Source: Oligoflexales bacterium (GTDB lineage: Bacteria; Bdellovibrionota_B; Oligoflexia; Oligoflexales; Bog-1112). Taken from it: a stretch of DNA of 64,000 nt. Position 1 is the first letter of the stretch. Each line of letters starts with the position of its first letter. The position numbers were made by a program, and so were the translations under genes. The notes under the pieces are model-generated. The model had not been told where the DNA came from and searched no databases. It was given only the letters and a program-made list of their open reading frames with translations. Shown in pieces: positions 51,611 through 62,334 of the stretch. Where the stretch lies: positions 76,432-140,431 of the forward strand of contig JBGCEP010000027.1 in assembly GCA_045106415.1 (NCBI GenBank), in the 5' to 3' direction.

Positions 51611-52780
51611 ATGCCATTTCAAACCTCACCTTTTCCAGATGCATATCAGATTCAAGACCTTCTGACTGATGAACAAAAATTGCTCATCACGTCGGTCCGT
51701 GAATTTGTAAACCAAGAAATTGAACCTACGATTGCAGAGCACTGGGAGAAAGAAACATTTCCTGAAAGCATCATTCCAAAACTTGGTGAAATGGGACTTT
51801 TAGGATCAAGTCTCTCTGGTTATGGTCTTCCTGGTATGGATCATATTTCATACGGCCTCATTATGAAAGAGCTTGAAAGGTGTGACTCTGGACTCCGCAG
51901 TTTAGCTTCCGTGCAAGGCGCTCTCGTTATGTACCCTATTCACGCCTATGGGAGTGAAGAACAGAAAAAAAAGTGGCTCCCATTGCTTGGAAGCGGCGAA
52001 AAAGTTGGCTGTTTCGGATTAACTGAATCTGATGGCGGCTCAAACCCCGGTGATATGAAAACCACAGCAACAGAAACTGAAGATGGTTGGATTTTAAATG
52101 GTTCAAAAATGTGGATCACAAATGGAAATATCTCAAGCATTGCCATTGTTTGGGCTCAAACATCTCAAGGCATTCGAGGGTTCATTGTACCGTGTGACAG
52201 CAAAGGCTTTGAAGCACGTCGTATGAAGCAAAAGCTCTCCTTACGGGCTTCGATCACATCAGAGCTTTACTTTGACAATATCAAACTCCCAAAAGATAGC
52301 ATCTTGCCTTTAGCCGAAGGTTTAAAAGCTCCCTTAGGTTGCTTGACTCAAGCTCGCTACGGCATCTCCTGGGGAGTTCTAGGAGCTGCAGAAGCATGCT
52401 TCGACGAAGCTGTTGCGTGGTCAAAAGAACGAATTCTTTTCGGAGAGCCTCTTGCACACAAACAACTTATTCAAGCAAAACTTGCTAAAATGCTTTCCAA
52501 AATTACACAAGGACAGCTCCTCGCTCACAGGCTCGGGCAACTTAAGAATCAAAACAACATGCACTTTGCTCATGTAAGTGTTGCAAAACAAAACAACTGC
52601 GAAATTGCACTTGAAATTGCCAGAATGTCCCGCGATATCCTTGGAGCTAACGGCATCATGGGAGAGTATAAATCTATGAGACATATGTGCAATTTAGAGA
52701 CAGTCATCACATATGAAGGAACAAATGACGTTCATCTATTGATTATCGGATCTGAAATTGGTGGCAAACACGCATTTTAG
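51611..52780 (+). CDS. gcdH: Glutaryl-CoA dehydrogenase-like acyl-CoA dehydrogenase
   Basis: ERCDSGLRS, GCFGLTE, GSKMWITN and NLETVITYEGT motifs. Confidence 0.9.
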   Translation: MPFQTSPFPDAYQIQDLLTDEQKLLITSVREFVNQEIEPTIAEHWEKETFPESIIPKLGEMGLLGSSLSGYGLPGMDHISYGLIMKELERCDSGLRSLASVQGALVMYPIHAYGSEEQKKKWLPLLGSGEKVGCFGLTESDGGSNPGDMKTTATETEDGWILNGSKMWITNGNISSIAIVWAQTSQGIRGFIVPCDSKGFEARRMKQKLSLRASITSELYFDNIKLPKDSILPLAEGLKAPLGCLTQARYGISWGVLGAAEACFDEAVAWSKERILFGEPLAHKQLIQAKLAKMLSKITQGQLLAHRLGQLKNQNNMHFAHVSVAKQNNCEIALEIARMSRDILGANGIMGEYKSMRHMCNLETVITYEGTNDVHLLIIGSEIGGKHAF

Positions 52781-52970
52781 CGTCAAGCAAGGGCCACCTT
52801 TTACACTTTTGCAAGGTGGCTTAGATCCCTCTTTTCACTACGACAGCTTGTGATAGAGCTGTTGACTTTTCCGCAACAAACAATAAAAAATCATTTATTA
52901 TAAAGGCGTTACATTTTTTAAGCTCAGCTCAGCTCTGACAAGGACGATCACAGGATCAGTTCTAACTGAG

Positions 52971-55277
52971 GTGGTGACAATGCTTGATACAGAATCCATA
53001 GAGCAAATTTTTCAAGAAGCAAATAAACTTATTTTTGTGCAACAATATCAACATGCGTTTGAAATTCTTGAAAAACTAACGAAAGCGCCTGATTCTTGTC
53101 ATAATCTTCTCTATCACTTACGCAAAATTGAATTAGCGACACGATTAGAGAAATTACCTGACCTTCATCACGAATATCTCAAAGCAGATTATTTACCTGC
53201 AGAAACTCGTGAGCTCAGCCTCATCTTTGTTGAACAATACCAAGAGACTCTTTCCCCTTCAGAAAGCCTTCTAGCCTTTAAAGAAGCTATTCAAAAATAT
53301 GGTGAGTCAGCCGCGAGTTCATTTGGTATGGGTTTTTGCTTAGAATGCCAAGGTAACTCAGAAAGAGCTATCTATAACTACGAACAAAGCCTTCGCATTG
53401 ATCCTGATTGGTACCCTTCATACTTTGGGCTTAGTCAACTTTACTATGCTTCAAGCGCAGAAACACAAGGCGATCATTACTTCTACCTTTTTGAACAATA
53501 CGCTCCTTATAACCTCTACGGAAACTTTGAAACTCATAAACGTCTTAGTGACGAATACCTTGATAAACAGCAATTTGACGATGCTATTACAGCAATCCGC
53601 ACTCTTAGGCAGTGGTGGGTTGAAAACAAAGGATTTGCACCCGATGAAATTCAAATCTACGAAGATCTATCTCTATCACTCATTTACCATATAAGAAAAA
53701 ATTCCCACGAAGCGCTCGTTCGCCGAAAAAGTGCTGAAGAACAGGCGAAAAACCTTCTAACATCTCATGACACAACACCACAGGTTCTCTATTTTGTTGC
53801 TCGAGCTATGGAAGAATTTAATAATCATGATACAGCCCTTATTTATTACCAAGCTATTGTTGAAAAGCCAAACGCAGAAGCAAATCTCATACAAAAAATA
53901 AGTAGCCATATTTTATCTATGGGTGAACAAACCCTTGCTATACAACTTTTAGAAAAAGCTTATCAAACTCAACCTGACAATGAAGAAATTCGTTTCTTTC
54001 TTCTTGTTGGCAGACTCAAAGCAGAAAATGTTAACCTTGAAGAATATCTTATGGATCATCAAAGATTACGAGATATTTCAAAAAACTCTGGTGGTCGAGT
54101 GGAAACATTAGCCCTTCTCCACAGCATGCTTTCTCGAACAGACAAAGATCCTGATGTCCACAAGTACCTTGGTGAAACCTATACGAAATTAAACAACCCT
54201 GAAAAAGCATGTGAACATTATGAAAAAATGTATCATTTAGACAAAGCTTCAACTCATACAACCTTAAAATTCGCATGGTTTCTAGCAACTCAAGGGCAAA
54301 CAGAAAGAGCCGAAAAACTTATAGAAAAAATCCAAATCGAGCCAAATGAAGATACACACTCATATACAGAAAACCTCTCATTAAAAGCCTCTATTTATGC
54401 TCTAACAGGAAACTTTGATTCCGCACATAAACTTCTACAAAACCTACAACAAAAAGATCCGTGGCACCTTCAAAACTTATTAGATACGACGTCTTGTATT
54501 CATCACATGAAGGATGCCCCAATTGACAAGACTCTTAAAAATTTAATTAATGCCACTAACACCCCTCCAAACTGGGTTCAATATCACAAAAAAACAGATG
54601 CTTTGATCGAAAAACATGAATATGAGCTTGTCTACCTTAGGGAAAAAGTCGCATTTCTTTATAACGACGGTGAACCAGAGTTTTTAGAAAGATTCTTTCA
54701 AGCTGCGACATCATTCGATAGCCTTCAAGCTGCTTTTGAACTTTTGAAATTACTAAATACAAACTTTGATAATTATCTTATTTACCACACACTCGGGCTT
54801 CTCTATAAAGACCTATGGCAACTCGAAACAGCGTGTGCATGGTTTGATATGGCAATGCGAGTTGCCCCTTCTCAAGCCAACACAGCTTCATCACAGCTTG
54901 AATTCGCAGATTGTTTAATATGGCGAGGAGAACAACTTGAGAAGGCTTGTCACCTTACGCAAAACATCATCGAAAAAAATCACTATTCAGCTATCAATCA
55001 CACTCACCTTAGCCCAGCAACAATTCTAGCTCATGCTTCCCTTAAAAAAGGTTCACCACAAGAAGCCTATCAATGGATCCAACAAACACACCACAGATCT
55101 ATTGAAAACACATATATCGAAGGCTTAATTTGTTACCGTAATGGTGATTTAACGGAAGCCAAAGCTCTGTGGAAACCATTATTATCAACACCTGCTGTCA
55201 GTCGAAGAGATCACCATATTAAACAAGAGCTCATTCGATACTACTATGAGGGGTCTTCATATCCTCAGGCTTCATAA
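52971..55277 (+). CDS. Large TPR repeat protein
   Basis: Repeated TPR patterns such as AIYNYEQSLRIDPDW and LEKAYQTQPDN. Confidence 0.85.
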   Translation: MVTMLDTESIEQIFQEANKLIFVQQYQHAFEILEKLTKAPDSCHNLLYHLRKIELATRLEKLPDLHHEYLKADYLPAETRELSLIFVEQYQETLSPSESLLAFKEAIQKYGESAASSFGMGFCLECQGNSERAIYNYEQSLRIDPDWYPSYFGLSQLYYASSAETQGDHYFYLFEQYAPYNLYGNFETHKRLSDEYLDKQQFDDAITAIRTLRQWWVENKGFAPDEIQIYEDLSLSLIYHIRKNSHEALVRRKSAEEQAKNLLTSHDTTPQVLYFVARAMEEFNNHDTALIYYQAIVEKPNAEANLIQKISSHILSMGEQTLAIQLLEKAYQTQPDNEEIRFFLLVGRLKAENVNLEEYLMDHQRLRDISKNSGGRVETLALLHSMLSRTDKDPDVHKYLGETYTKLNNPEKACEHYEKMYHLDKASTHTTLKFAWFLATQGQTERAEKLIEKIQIEPNEDTHSYTENLSLKASIYALTGNFDSAHKLLQNLQQKDPWHLQNLLDTTSCIHHMKDAPIDKTLKNLINATNTPPNWVQYHKKTDALIEKHEYELVYLREKVAFLYNDGEPEFLERFFQAATSFDSLQAAFELLKLLNTNFDNYLIYHTLGLLYKDLWQLETACAWFDMAMRVAPSQANTASSQLEFADCLIWRGEQLEKACHLTQNIIEKNHYSAINHTHLSPATILAHASLKKGSPQEAYQWIQQTHHRSIENTYIEGLICYRNGDLTEAKALWKPLLSTPAVSRRDHHIKQELIRYYYEGSSYPQAS

Positions 55278-55300
55278 ATCATAACTCCATACGATGGAGT

Positions 55301-56500
55301 CTATACCTTTAACGCAGCCTTTTTCATACAATCAACACCTTTGCGCAATTGCTGCTCACTCAAATAAGGAGCAGGTCCAAGCCTTAAATAATCACCTCGA
55401 TAATCTGTAAAAATATATTCTTTCTTCAATTGGCTAGATATTTCTTTGGCATATGGAGTTTTAAAAGATAAGAAACCACCAACACCCTCAAGTTTCTCAT
55501 CAAAAGAGAGAACCTTAGAAGAAAAGTTAGAAGTATAGAATTCTTCCAACATAGTTTTTTTCTGCCACATATTAACTTGCGATAGTAGTGCTGGTGACAA
55601 TGAGTGTTCTATAAAAAAATCAAAAACAGATTTTGCTCTATAGTGACTCGTCACATCATATGTGGAACCATCAAAACGCGATGCGCCCTCTGGGTAAAAG
55701 ACAGGTTCACCCTCCTTTCTTGACTGACCTATTCTTGATATTTCAGAGAACCAACCAGTCAATAAAGGCTTCTTATCACAAGAGGAAGGTCTCCTTAAAA
55801 AACAATTGCCCTCCCCTAGTTGAAGATATTTATAACCTCCTCCCAAAAGATAAGCATGTTGAAGACCTTCTTTTTTTAAATCAAAATCAATCACATTCAA
55901 AGCGTGATAAATATCCACAACAAGATCAGCTTGTTTTTTCAGGCAGCGATCTGCGACTTCATCCATGCGCTGAATTACACGACCACTTTCAAATAAAACT
56001 TTAGAAAGAAGTACAATCGATGTTTGGCTATCAATAGCTTCTAAAAACCGTTCAACAAAAGATGAAAATGGATCAATAGGAATCCAATGAATATCAACTC
56101 CAACTTCAGACAGACGATTTAACTGTCTTCTCGCAGAATGAAATTCTCCCCCTGTTGTTATAATTTTTAGCTTCTGAGAATCACGTGAATAACAAGATAA
56201 AAGTCGACACAATAAATGATGTACACTCTCCCCTAAAGTATAAAGACCTTCTTTATCATTTATCAGTTGTGCGAATTTTTTTTTAACCTCATCTGCTATT
56301 TGAAAAGCTTTTTCCCATTTTTCATCTTTCAAACAAGCAGCGTCATTCCAAGCCTCAATTTGACCTCTAAGAGAGCAGTCAGGCCAAGCCTGATGAGAAT
56401 GCCCTGTCAACAAGATATTTTTTGACACATAAAACTTTGAATAAAATTTCGCAATAGGGTTATCTGGCTTCTGGAAATCAGATAAATTTAATAAAGCCAT
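55301..56500 (-). CDS. kynU: Kynureninase-like PLP enzyme
   Basis: TGHSHQAWP, DIYH, GGYKYLQLGEG, TGWF and DYRG..LRLGPAPY motifs. Confidence 0.85.
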   Translation of the reverse strand: MALLNLSDFQKPDNPIAKFYSKFYVSKNILLTGHSHQAWPDCSLRGQIEAWNDAACLKDEKWEKAFQIADEVKKKFAQLINDKEGLYTLGESVHHLLCRLLSCYSRDSQKLKIITTGGEFHSARRQLNRLSEVGVDIHWIPIDPFSSFVERFLEAIDSQTSIVLLSKVLFESGRVIQRMDEVADRCLKKQADLVVDIYHALNVIDFDLKKEGLQHAYLLGGGYKYLQLGEGNCFLRRPSSCDKKPLLTGWFSEISRIGQSRKEGEPVFYPEGASRFDGSTYDVTSHYRAKSVFDFFIEHSLSPALLSQVNMWQKKTMLEEFYTSNFSSKVLSFDEKLEGVGGFLSFKTPYAKEISSQLKKEYIFTDYRGDYLRLGPAPYLSEQQLRKGVDCMKKAALKV

Positions 56501-56612
56501 AACAGACCTTTCAAGTAGAGTGTGTCACTGTATTTTTCTTCAATGTGACAAATAACATTATACATTGATATGATTTGATTTCTCAGTGGATTTGATCAAA
56601 AAAGAGGAAAGT

Positions 56613-57551
56613 ATGCGTATCGGTTACTTTGCTGACGGTTATTGGGGCCTTCCAACTCTGCATAAACTCATTGCAAATAAAAATATTCACATTGTGTTTT
56701 TAGCGTCCAGATACCATGGATCCAACTACCTTCTAGATCCAATTGCAGAAAAAGCACAAATTCCTATTCTCAGACTTGAAGATATCAATTCAAAAAAGAG
56801 CCTTTCTATATTCGCTAAATACCAACCCGATGTGTTGCTTTCCATGTCATTTCTGGATAAATTTCATCAAAACCTCCTCACCCTAGCCCCTTTCGGGTCA
56901 TACAATGCTCACGCAAGCCTTCTCCCTGAGTACCGCGGTAGAAACTGTATTAACTGGGCTATCATAAAAGGTGAGGTCACTACAGGTGTTACAATTCATA
57001 AAATGGACCTAAACTACGACACAGGCCCTATTGCTTATCAAAAATCTTTAATGATTGATCAAAATGAACATTTTGCTTCGATTCTCAAACGCATGGGAGA
57101 ACTCTGTGCAAATGCTATAGAATCATGGTTACAAAAAGACCAGTTTATAAAACCTCTCATTGCTCAATCAACACATTTAAAAACAGATTACCGTAAAAGA
57201 GGACCTGGGGACGAGTGGGTTGACTGGAATCAAAATGCAAAAAGCATCCACAATTTTATACGAGGGATCTCTGATCCCGGTCCATATGCACACACTCATA
57301 TTAAAAATGATATCTATATAATTAAAGATTCAAGGTGGGTATCAAGTGATGAATATAAAAATCAACTGCATGAAAACAACCATATATCGGCTCTCCCCGG
57401 TGAGATTATATCAGCTCACGACAATCATCTTTGGGTTCAAACACAGCAAGACATCTTAAAAATAAGGAAAATAGCACTCAATGACAAAAAGACTGAGAAC
57501 TCATCTCTCAGTCTTTCAAATATATTGGGGTCACGATTTGAAAACCATTAA
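56613..57551 (+). CDS. Formyltransferase (Fmt/ArnA fold), probably not the initiator-tRNA enzyme
   Basis: NAHASLLPEYRG, GVTIH and DTGPI motifs. Lacks the Fmt N-terminal GTP-F motif. Confidence 0.8.
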   Translation: MRIGYFADGYWGLPTLHKLIANKNIHIVFLASRYHGSNYLLDPIAEKAQIPILRLEDINSKKSLSIFAKYQPDVLLSMSFLDKFHQNLLTLAPFGSYNAHASLLPEYRGRNCINWAIIKGEVTTGVTIHKMDLNYDTGPIAYQKSLMIDQNEHFASILKRMGELCANAIESWLQKDQFIKPLIAQSTHLKTDYRKRGPGDEWVDWNQNAKSIHNFIRGISDPGPYAHTHIKNDIYIIKDSRWVSSDEYKNQLHENNHISALPGEIISAHDNHLWVQTQQDILKIRKIALNDKKTENSSLSLSNILGSRFENH

Positions 57552-57580
57552 TCAAAGCACGTCTCCACGCGCATGATCGC

Positions 57581-59497
57581 TTATTGCACTCGCGCTATAT
57601 AACGTTCAATAACTTTGTCCATCAAAATTAGAGGTATGTTGCCAGCTTTTAAAACTTCATTATGAAAGTTTTTCACATCATAACGAAGTTTTAAAGAATT
57701 TTTCATTTTTTCTCTTAAACCAAGCAAATGAATTTGCCCAATTTTATAAGAACAGGCTTGTGCAGGCATGACGAAATATCGCTCAATTTCTGTTGCTACT
57801 GTAGAATGCGGATACCCTGTCATATCCATCATGACTTCAATGGCATACTCTCGACTCCATTTCTTTGAGTGAATTCCTGTATCAACAACTAAACGCACAG
57901 CTCTTAAAAGCTCATCTTGGAAATGACCAATCTTATCAAAGTTTGTTGAATAAAAATCAGATTCATATGCAAATTTTTCAGCATATAAAGCCCAACCTTC
58001 ACAAGTTGCGTTCACATTTAGAATTTTTCTTAGCACATGCATTTTCGTTTCACTCTGTATTGTCATTTGAAAATGATGCCCAGGCTCTGCTTCATGAATA
58101 CAAAGAGTTTCCATACCAAACTTCGGGACTTCTTTCATATCTCTCAGGTTTGCATAAAAAACCCCTGGACGAGAACCATCTAAACTTGGTGGGTAATAAT
58201 AAGCACCTGGCATCCCTTCTTCCAAATGCTCAGGGACCGCTTCTATTTCCACACCTGATTCAGGCTTCAAGTCAAAAAATTTTCCTAAATCACGACGAGA
58301 TCGTTTTAAAATATCACGATACCTTTGAAGACAAATCTGTCGATCTTCATCAGTATTTTCAAAAAGAAAAAAAGAATCCTTGCCCAGTTCTTGTAAGAGT
58401 TCTCCAACTGTTTTAGAAACATCATTTCTATTTTCTTGAATAAAAATATTTCTGACTTTTTCATGGATTTTTTTAACTTCAACTAAACCAATCTCATGAA
58501 TTTCATCTGCAGTCAGATCAGTTGTTGTTTCTTCTTTTAATAACAAACGATAATAATCAGCACCAGAAGGCAAAGACCAAACGCCTCTGTTTTCAACAAC
58601 ATCTAAATGTTCATAATAATCTTTTAAGCGTACATATGCAGGCTGCACTGTCTTTTCCAATAAATCCTTCACCTGAGTTAAAAACTCATCTCCATCGTCA
58701 ACAGGATGGTTGATAAAAAAACTCTCAACATATTTAAAAAACATATGTTCAGAAACATTTTCTTCTATGTGATCAGATATGATTTGTAGACATTTATCAA
58801 TTGCAAATTTCGGAGGCATAATTCCTAAAGACCGAGATTCCTCCTGAGTTCTTATAATTTGACTCAAAACCTCAGGGATCGAAGCAAGCCTTTTTATATA
58901 AAGCTTTACATCTCTCACTTTTTCTAATGTATGCATTTGTGTAAATGTTTGATCTAAATCTGATAGCACACCAAACATTTGGTTCATAAAGTATGTATGA
59001 AAAATAAAATCTTTCTTTTCTACATTTCGTTCCACCATCCATTTCACAAAATGAAAAGAGACCCACTCTGAATCACTTAAAACCGAATCATCAAATTGAT
59101 CTAACAGTGCCAAATGCTTTTCTGCTTGTTTTTGTTTAAGTCTCAAAGACTCTGGAGACCTCTGGCTCAAATAAGAATTATGAGAATAAACACCTAAACT
59201 CTCAAAAAGACCTAATGTCGTTAAAAGCTCAGGATCACCAGAAACGTAATCAATAAAAATACGATCAAAAAGAGAGTCAACTGTCGTCGGAACTTCTTGT
59301 TGCCAATCAAAAACATCCGGATGCCTCACCTCTTGCCGAGCCTTCTTAACTAACTCCTCTGCTTTATCTTTGTTGCCTTTTGAAACTTGTAGGAGTGCTT
59401 CCCAGTAAAAGTGAGGGTTTTTCTCTCCATCAAATACACCAGCATAAAGAGTTGACGACAACACCATAAATACTCCGACACATGAAATCCACTTCAT
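57581..59497 (-). CDS. DUF885 family secreted metallopeptidase-like protein
   Basis: HEAEPGHHFQ, EGWALYAE, RLVVDTGIH and PAQACSYKIG motifs. Confidence 0.92.
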   Translation of the reverse strand: MKWISCVGVFMVLSSTLYAGVFDGEKNPHFYWEALLQVSKGNKDKAEELVKKARQEVRHPDVFDWQQEVPTTVDSLFDRIFIDYVSGDPELLTTLGLFESLGVYSHNSYLSQRSPESLRLKQKQAEKHLALLDQFDDSVLSDSEWVSFHFVKWMVERNVEKKDFIFHTYFMNQMFGVLSDLDQTFTQMHTLEKVRDVKLYIKRLASIPEVLSQIIRTQEESRSLGIMPPKFAIDKCLQIISDHIEENVSEHMFFKYVESFFINHPVDDGDEFLTQVKDLLEKTVQPAYVRLKDYYEHLDVVENRGVWSLPSGADYYRLLLKEETTTDLTADEIHEIGLVEVKKIHEKVRNIFIQENRNDVSKTVGELLQELGKDSFFLFENTDEDRQICLQRYRDILKRSRRDLGKFFDLKPESGVEIEAVPEHLEEGMPGAYYYPPSLDGSRPGVFYANLRDMKEVPKFGMETLCIHEAEPGHHFQMTIQSETKMHVLRKILNVNATCEGWALYAEKFAYESDFYSTNFDKIGHFQDELLRAVRLVVDTGIHSKKWSREYAIEVMMDMTGYPHSTVATEIERYFVMPAQACSYKIGQIHLLGLREKMKNSLKLRYDVKNFHNEVLKAGNIPLILMDKVIERYIARVQ

Positions 59498-59724
59498 AAA
59501 ACTCTCTTCTTTAAATATTCTTCAAGTACACACTTAACTCAGTCAATCATGACTCCTCAGTAAGAAGCTATAGTTAATTTAAGTCTGAATAAATCAGCTC
59601 TTTTTCTCAAAATGATTTTTACAATCAAATACTCTCATTTGTACACCCCACCCAAAGTATAGCGTAAGCAATTGATTTTAAATGAGATTTTCAACTAAAA
59701 CCATCAGAGAAACACAAAAATATA

Positions 59725-59753
59725 TTGCATTTTAATTTCCATTATGCCATAGT
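59725..59753 (+). promoter_or_regulatory. Candidate sigma70 promoter of deaD
   Basis: TTGCAT-17 nt-CATAGT with an extended TG. Confidence 0.55.
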
Positions 59754-59980
59754 GCGCCATCTGATGCGGACTCACCTCGTCAGCCACAACCAAGATCTGC
59801 GCGACTCTGTAGCCAACCTGATTAAAAGGCACGATCCCCTGACTCCTTGTTCGAACCCGTGGTTGATATATATGAATCCCTAGCGAATATTCGCTCTATG
59901 AAAAAGCCACATGTGTGGCAAAGTCTATGGTCATCCTGAGGTGACGGTAGACTCACTCGTCCTCTATGAAGGAGATCCTG

Positions 59981-61645
59981 ATGGATACCAAAACCCCCGA
60001 AGACCAAGTTACAGACGTTGCAACAGAAACAACTCCTGCTGAAGTCACTTCTAAAGAAACGACTCCTACTGAAGCAGCTCCTGCTGTTGAACCAGAAGTT
60101 ACAGTGACTTTTGAAGACTTAAAACTCCGCAGTGACCTTATAGCAAGCATTAAAGCAGCTGGTTTTACGTCTCCACGACCCATCCAAGCGAAAGCTGTGC
60201 CACTAGCTCTTGAAGGCCGTGACCTTATCGGACGCGCACAAACAGGAAGTGGCAAAACAGCAGCTTTTGTTCTACCTGCAATCCACAATATGTCTCAAAA
60301 ACCAAAAGTAAGCACATTAGTTCTTGTTCCTACAAGAGAACTCGCAGAACAAGTTGTTCAAGAGTTCACACGATTCGGTGCTCCTTTAGGTCTACGCGTT
60401 GTGAGTATCGTTGGTGGGCAACCAGGCATGCGTCAAGTTGAACTTGTCAATCGCGGAGTGCATATTGCTGTAGCAACTCCAGGCCGTATGCTTGACCATA
60501 TTTCTTCTGGGCGCCTACGTAACTTCACACCGAACATGGTTGTTCTTGATGAAGCTGATGAAATGCTTGATATGGGATTCATTGATGACATCCGCAGTAT
60601 TCTTTCAACTCTCCCTGCTGAGCGTCAAACAATGTTGTTTTCAGCAACCATGCCATCTGCGATTGCAAACCTTGCACGCGAACAGCTTAAAAACCCAATT
60701 GAAGTTTCATGCTTAAACAGCGGTGAAAGACACGCAAATATTGAACAAGTTCTTCATGTCATGCTTGGCCGTCAACGCGAACAAGCTCTTCTAAGAGTCA
60801 TCGCACACGAACAACCTGAAAAAGCTATTATTTTCTGTAGAACTCGCCGCGATGCTGACGAACTGAACGAGCGTCTTAATTCACAACAAATGCGCTCACA
60901 GGTTCTTCACGGAGATCTAAGCCAAGCGACTCGAAACCAAGCGATTCGCTCTATACGTGAAGGTCGCACTCGCTACCTTATCGCAACTGACGTAGCTTCA
61001 CGTGGCCTTGATATTCCTAATATTTCTCACGTTTTCAACTTCCATATCCCTGAAAACGAAGAGCGTTATACTCACCGTATCGGCCGAACAGGTCGTGGCG
61101 GTGCACACGGACGTGCAATTACACTTATTACACCTCCAGAACTTCGTAGCAGCTACTACCTCAAAAAAGGAATTGGAAAAAATATCCAACTTGCCCCAAT
61201 TCCTCAAAAAGACGCTGTCGAGCAAAAACAACGTCAAAGCTTGTGGAACCAAATTCTTGAAACAGAAGTTCACGAAAACGCAGCTGAGTTCTTAAAACAA
61301 CAAAGCCCATCCGACTTAGAAGCACTAGCAACAAAAATGCTTACAATTCTTAGTCAGCAAATCCGTGTCCCTGGACCACAAGAAGTCGGCATCCCGGCAG
61401 AAGAGCTCACTCAAATCGCACAAGGTGGCGGTGGTCATAGCCGCTCAAGACAACACCGCAGCGGCCAAAGACCTTTCTCATCATCAAGCCGTCGACCACG
61501 TCACGGACAAAGTGGTGGGCAAGGTGGCGGTAGCTACGGAAGACCATCTCGCGGTGGACCACGAAGTGGTGGTAGCTACGGACAATCTTCGTCATCATCA
61601 TCTCACTCACGCCCAAGAAAGCCACGCGCTGCAAGCAGCCGATAA
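59981..61645 (+). CDS. deaD: DEAD-box RNA helicase
   Basis: AQTGSGKT, PTRELA, DEAD, SAT and HRIGRTGR motifs with an RGS-rich tail. AAGGAG RBS. Confidence 0.93.
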   Translation: MDTKTPEDQVTDVATETTPAEVTSKETTPTEAAPAVEPEVTVTFEDLKLRSDLIASIKAAGFTSPRPIQAKAVPLALEGRDLIGRAQTGSGKTAAFVLPAIHNMSQKPKVSTLVLVPTRELAEQVVQEFTRFGAPLGLRVVSIVGGQPGMRQVELVNRGVHIAVATPGRMLDHISSGRLRNFTPNMVVLDEADEMLDMGFIDDIRSILSTLPAERQTMLFSATMPSAIANLAREQLKNPIEVSCLNSGERHANIEQVLHVMLGRQREQALLRVIAHEQPEKAIIFCRTRRDADELNERLNSQQMRSQVLHGDLSQATRNQAIRSIREGRTRYLIATDVASRGLDIPNISHVFNFHIPENEERYTHRIGRTGRGGAHGRAITLITPPELRSSYYLKKGIGKNIQLAPIPQKDAVEQKQRQSLWNQILETEVHENAAEFLKQQSPSDLEALATKMLTILSQQIRVPGPQEVGIPAEELTQIAQGGGGHSRSRQHRSGQRPFSSSSRRPRHGQSGGQGGGSYGRPSRGGPRSGGSYGQSSSSSSHSRPRKPRAASSR

Positions 61646-61661
61646 GTTTTCTACTCTCATT

Positions 61662-61701
61662 AAAAAGACGACCTAAATTATAATTAGGTCGTCTTTTTTT
61701 T
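61662..61701 (+). terminator. Intrinsic terminator after deaD
   Basis: aaaaagacgacctaa-loop-ttaggtcgtctttttttt. Confidence 0.92.
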
Positions 61702-61962
61702 GCGAAAAAACAATGAAAACGATTCTATACAACGGGCTCATCAACAAAATCTGCAATGTACATAAAAAAAACATTTCACGGTTTACAGCACAATGATTTG
61801 AATTTTCTTTGTTGACAACTTCAAACAATTATGGACAATGGTTTTGAGCTTAGATGCACATTTCAACTAGAAGTCGCTTCTCCACGTAAATGGGTGATAC
61901 CTGAAGCCAGGTCATCTTTTTAAGTTGAGAAAAAAGACATTGGAAAATCTCTGCTTCCGCAC

Positions 61963-62256
61963 ATGAAGGGAACCATTATGGTAACGAGTTCTAAGGAAAG
62001 CAGTCTTCGTTCAACGAAGACTCCAGATGCTCTATCAACCCCAGCCACATCATGCACAAATTGCCTACAGAAAAATCCGTCAAGAAGAAGGCACTTTAGT
62101 GAGCAAGCTTGGGCAGCACTTCTCGCATGGAGTGAAGTCTCAGTCTCATCTGTAAAACAACCGATCTGTGAGCACTGTTATGAGGAGATGCGTGAGGTCT
62201 TAATCGATCGAATTGATGAAGTCGACGCCATCCAAACGGGACAACAAGCCTCTTAG
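61963..62256 (+). CDS. Small C4 zinc-finger protein
   Basis: CTNC...CEHC motif pair. Confidence 0.7.
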   Translation: MKGTIMVTSSKESSLRSTKTPDALSTPATSCTNCLQKNPSRRRHFSEQAWAALLAWSEVSVSSVKQPICEHCYEEMREVLIDRIDEVDAIQTGQQAS

Positions 62257-62334
62257 GTGATATTTACCCATCGAGAATGCGCGCAAACCTCCGATCCTAG
62301 ACTTGTATGAGTCGCATGGAATGGAGAAAGCAGT

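Noticed and set aside
56613-57551. Calling this gene fmt
   Set aside because: The Fmt-specific N-terminal motif and the usual def linkage are absent.
57865-58416. 183 aa plus-strand ORF and the many other antisense or alternate-frame ORFs in the track
   Set aside because: They are shadows of well-supported genes and have no motifs or RBS.
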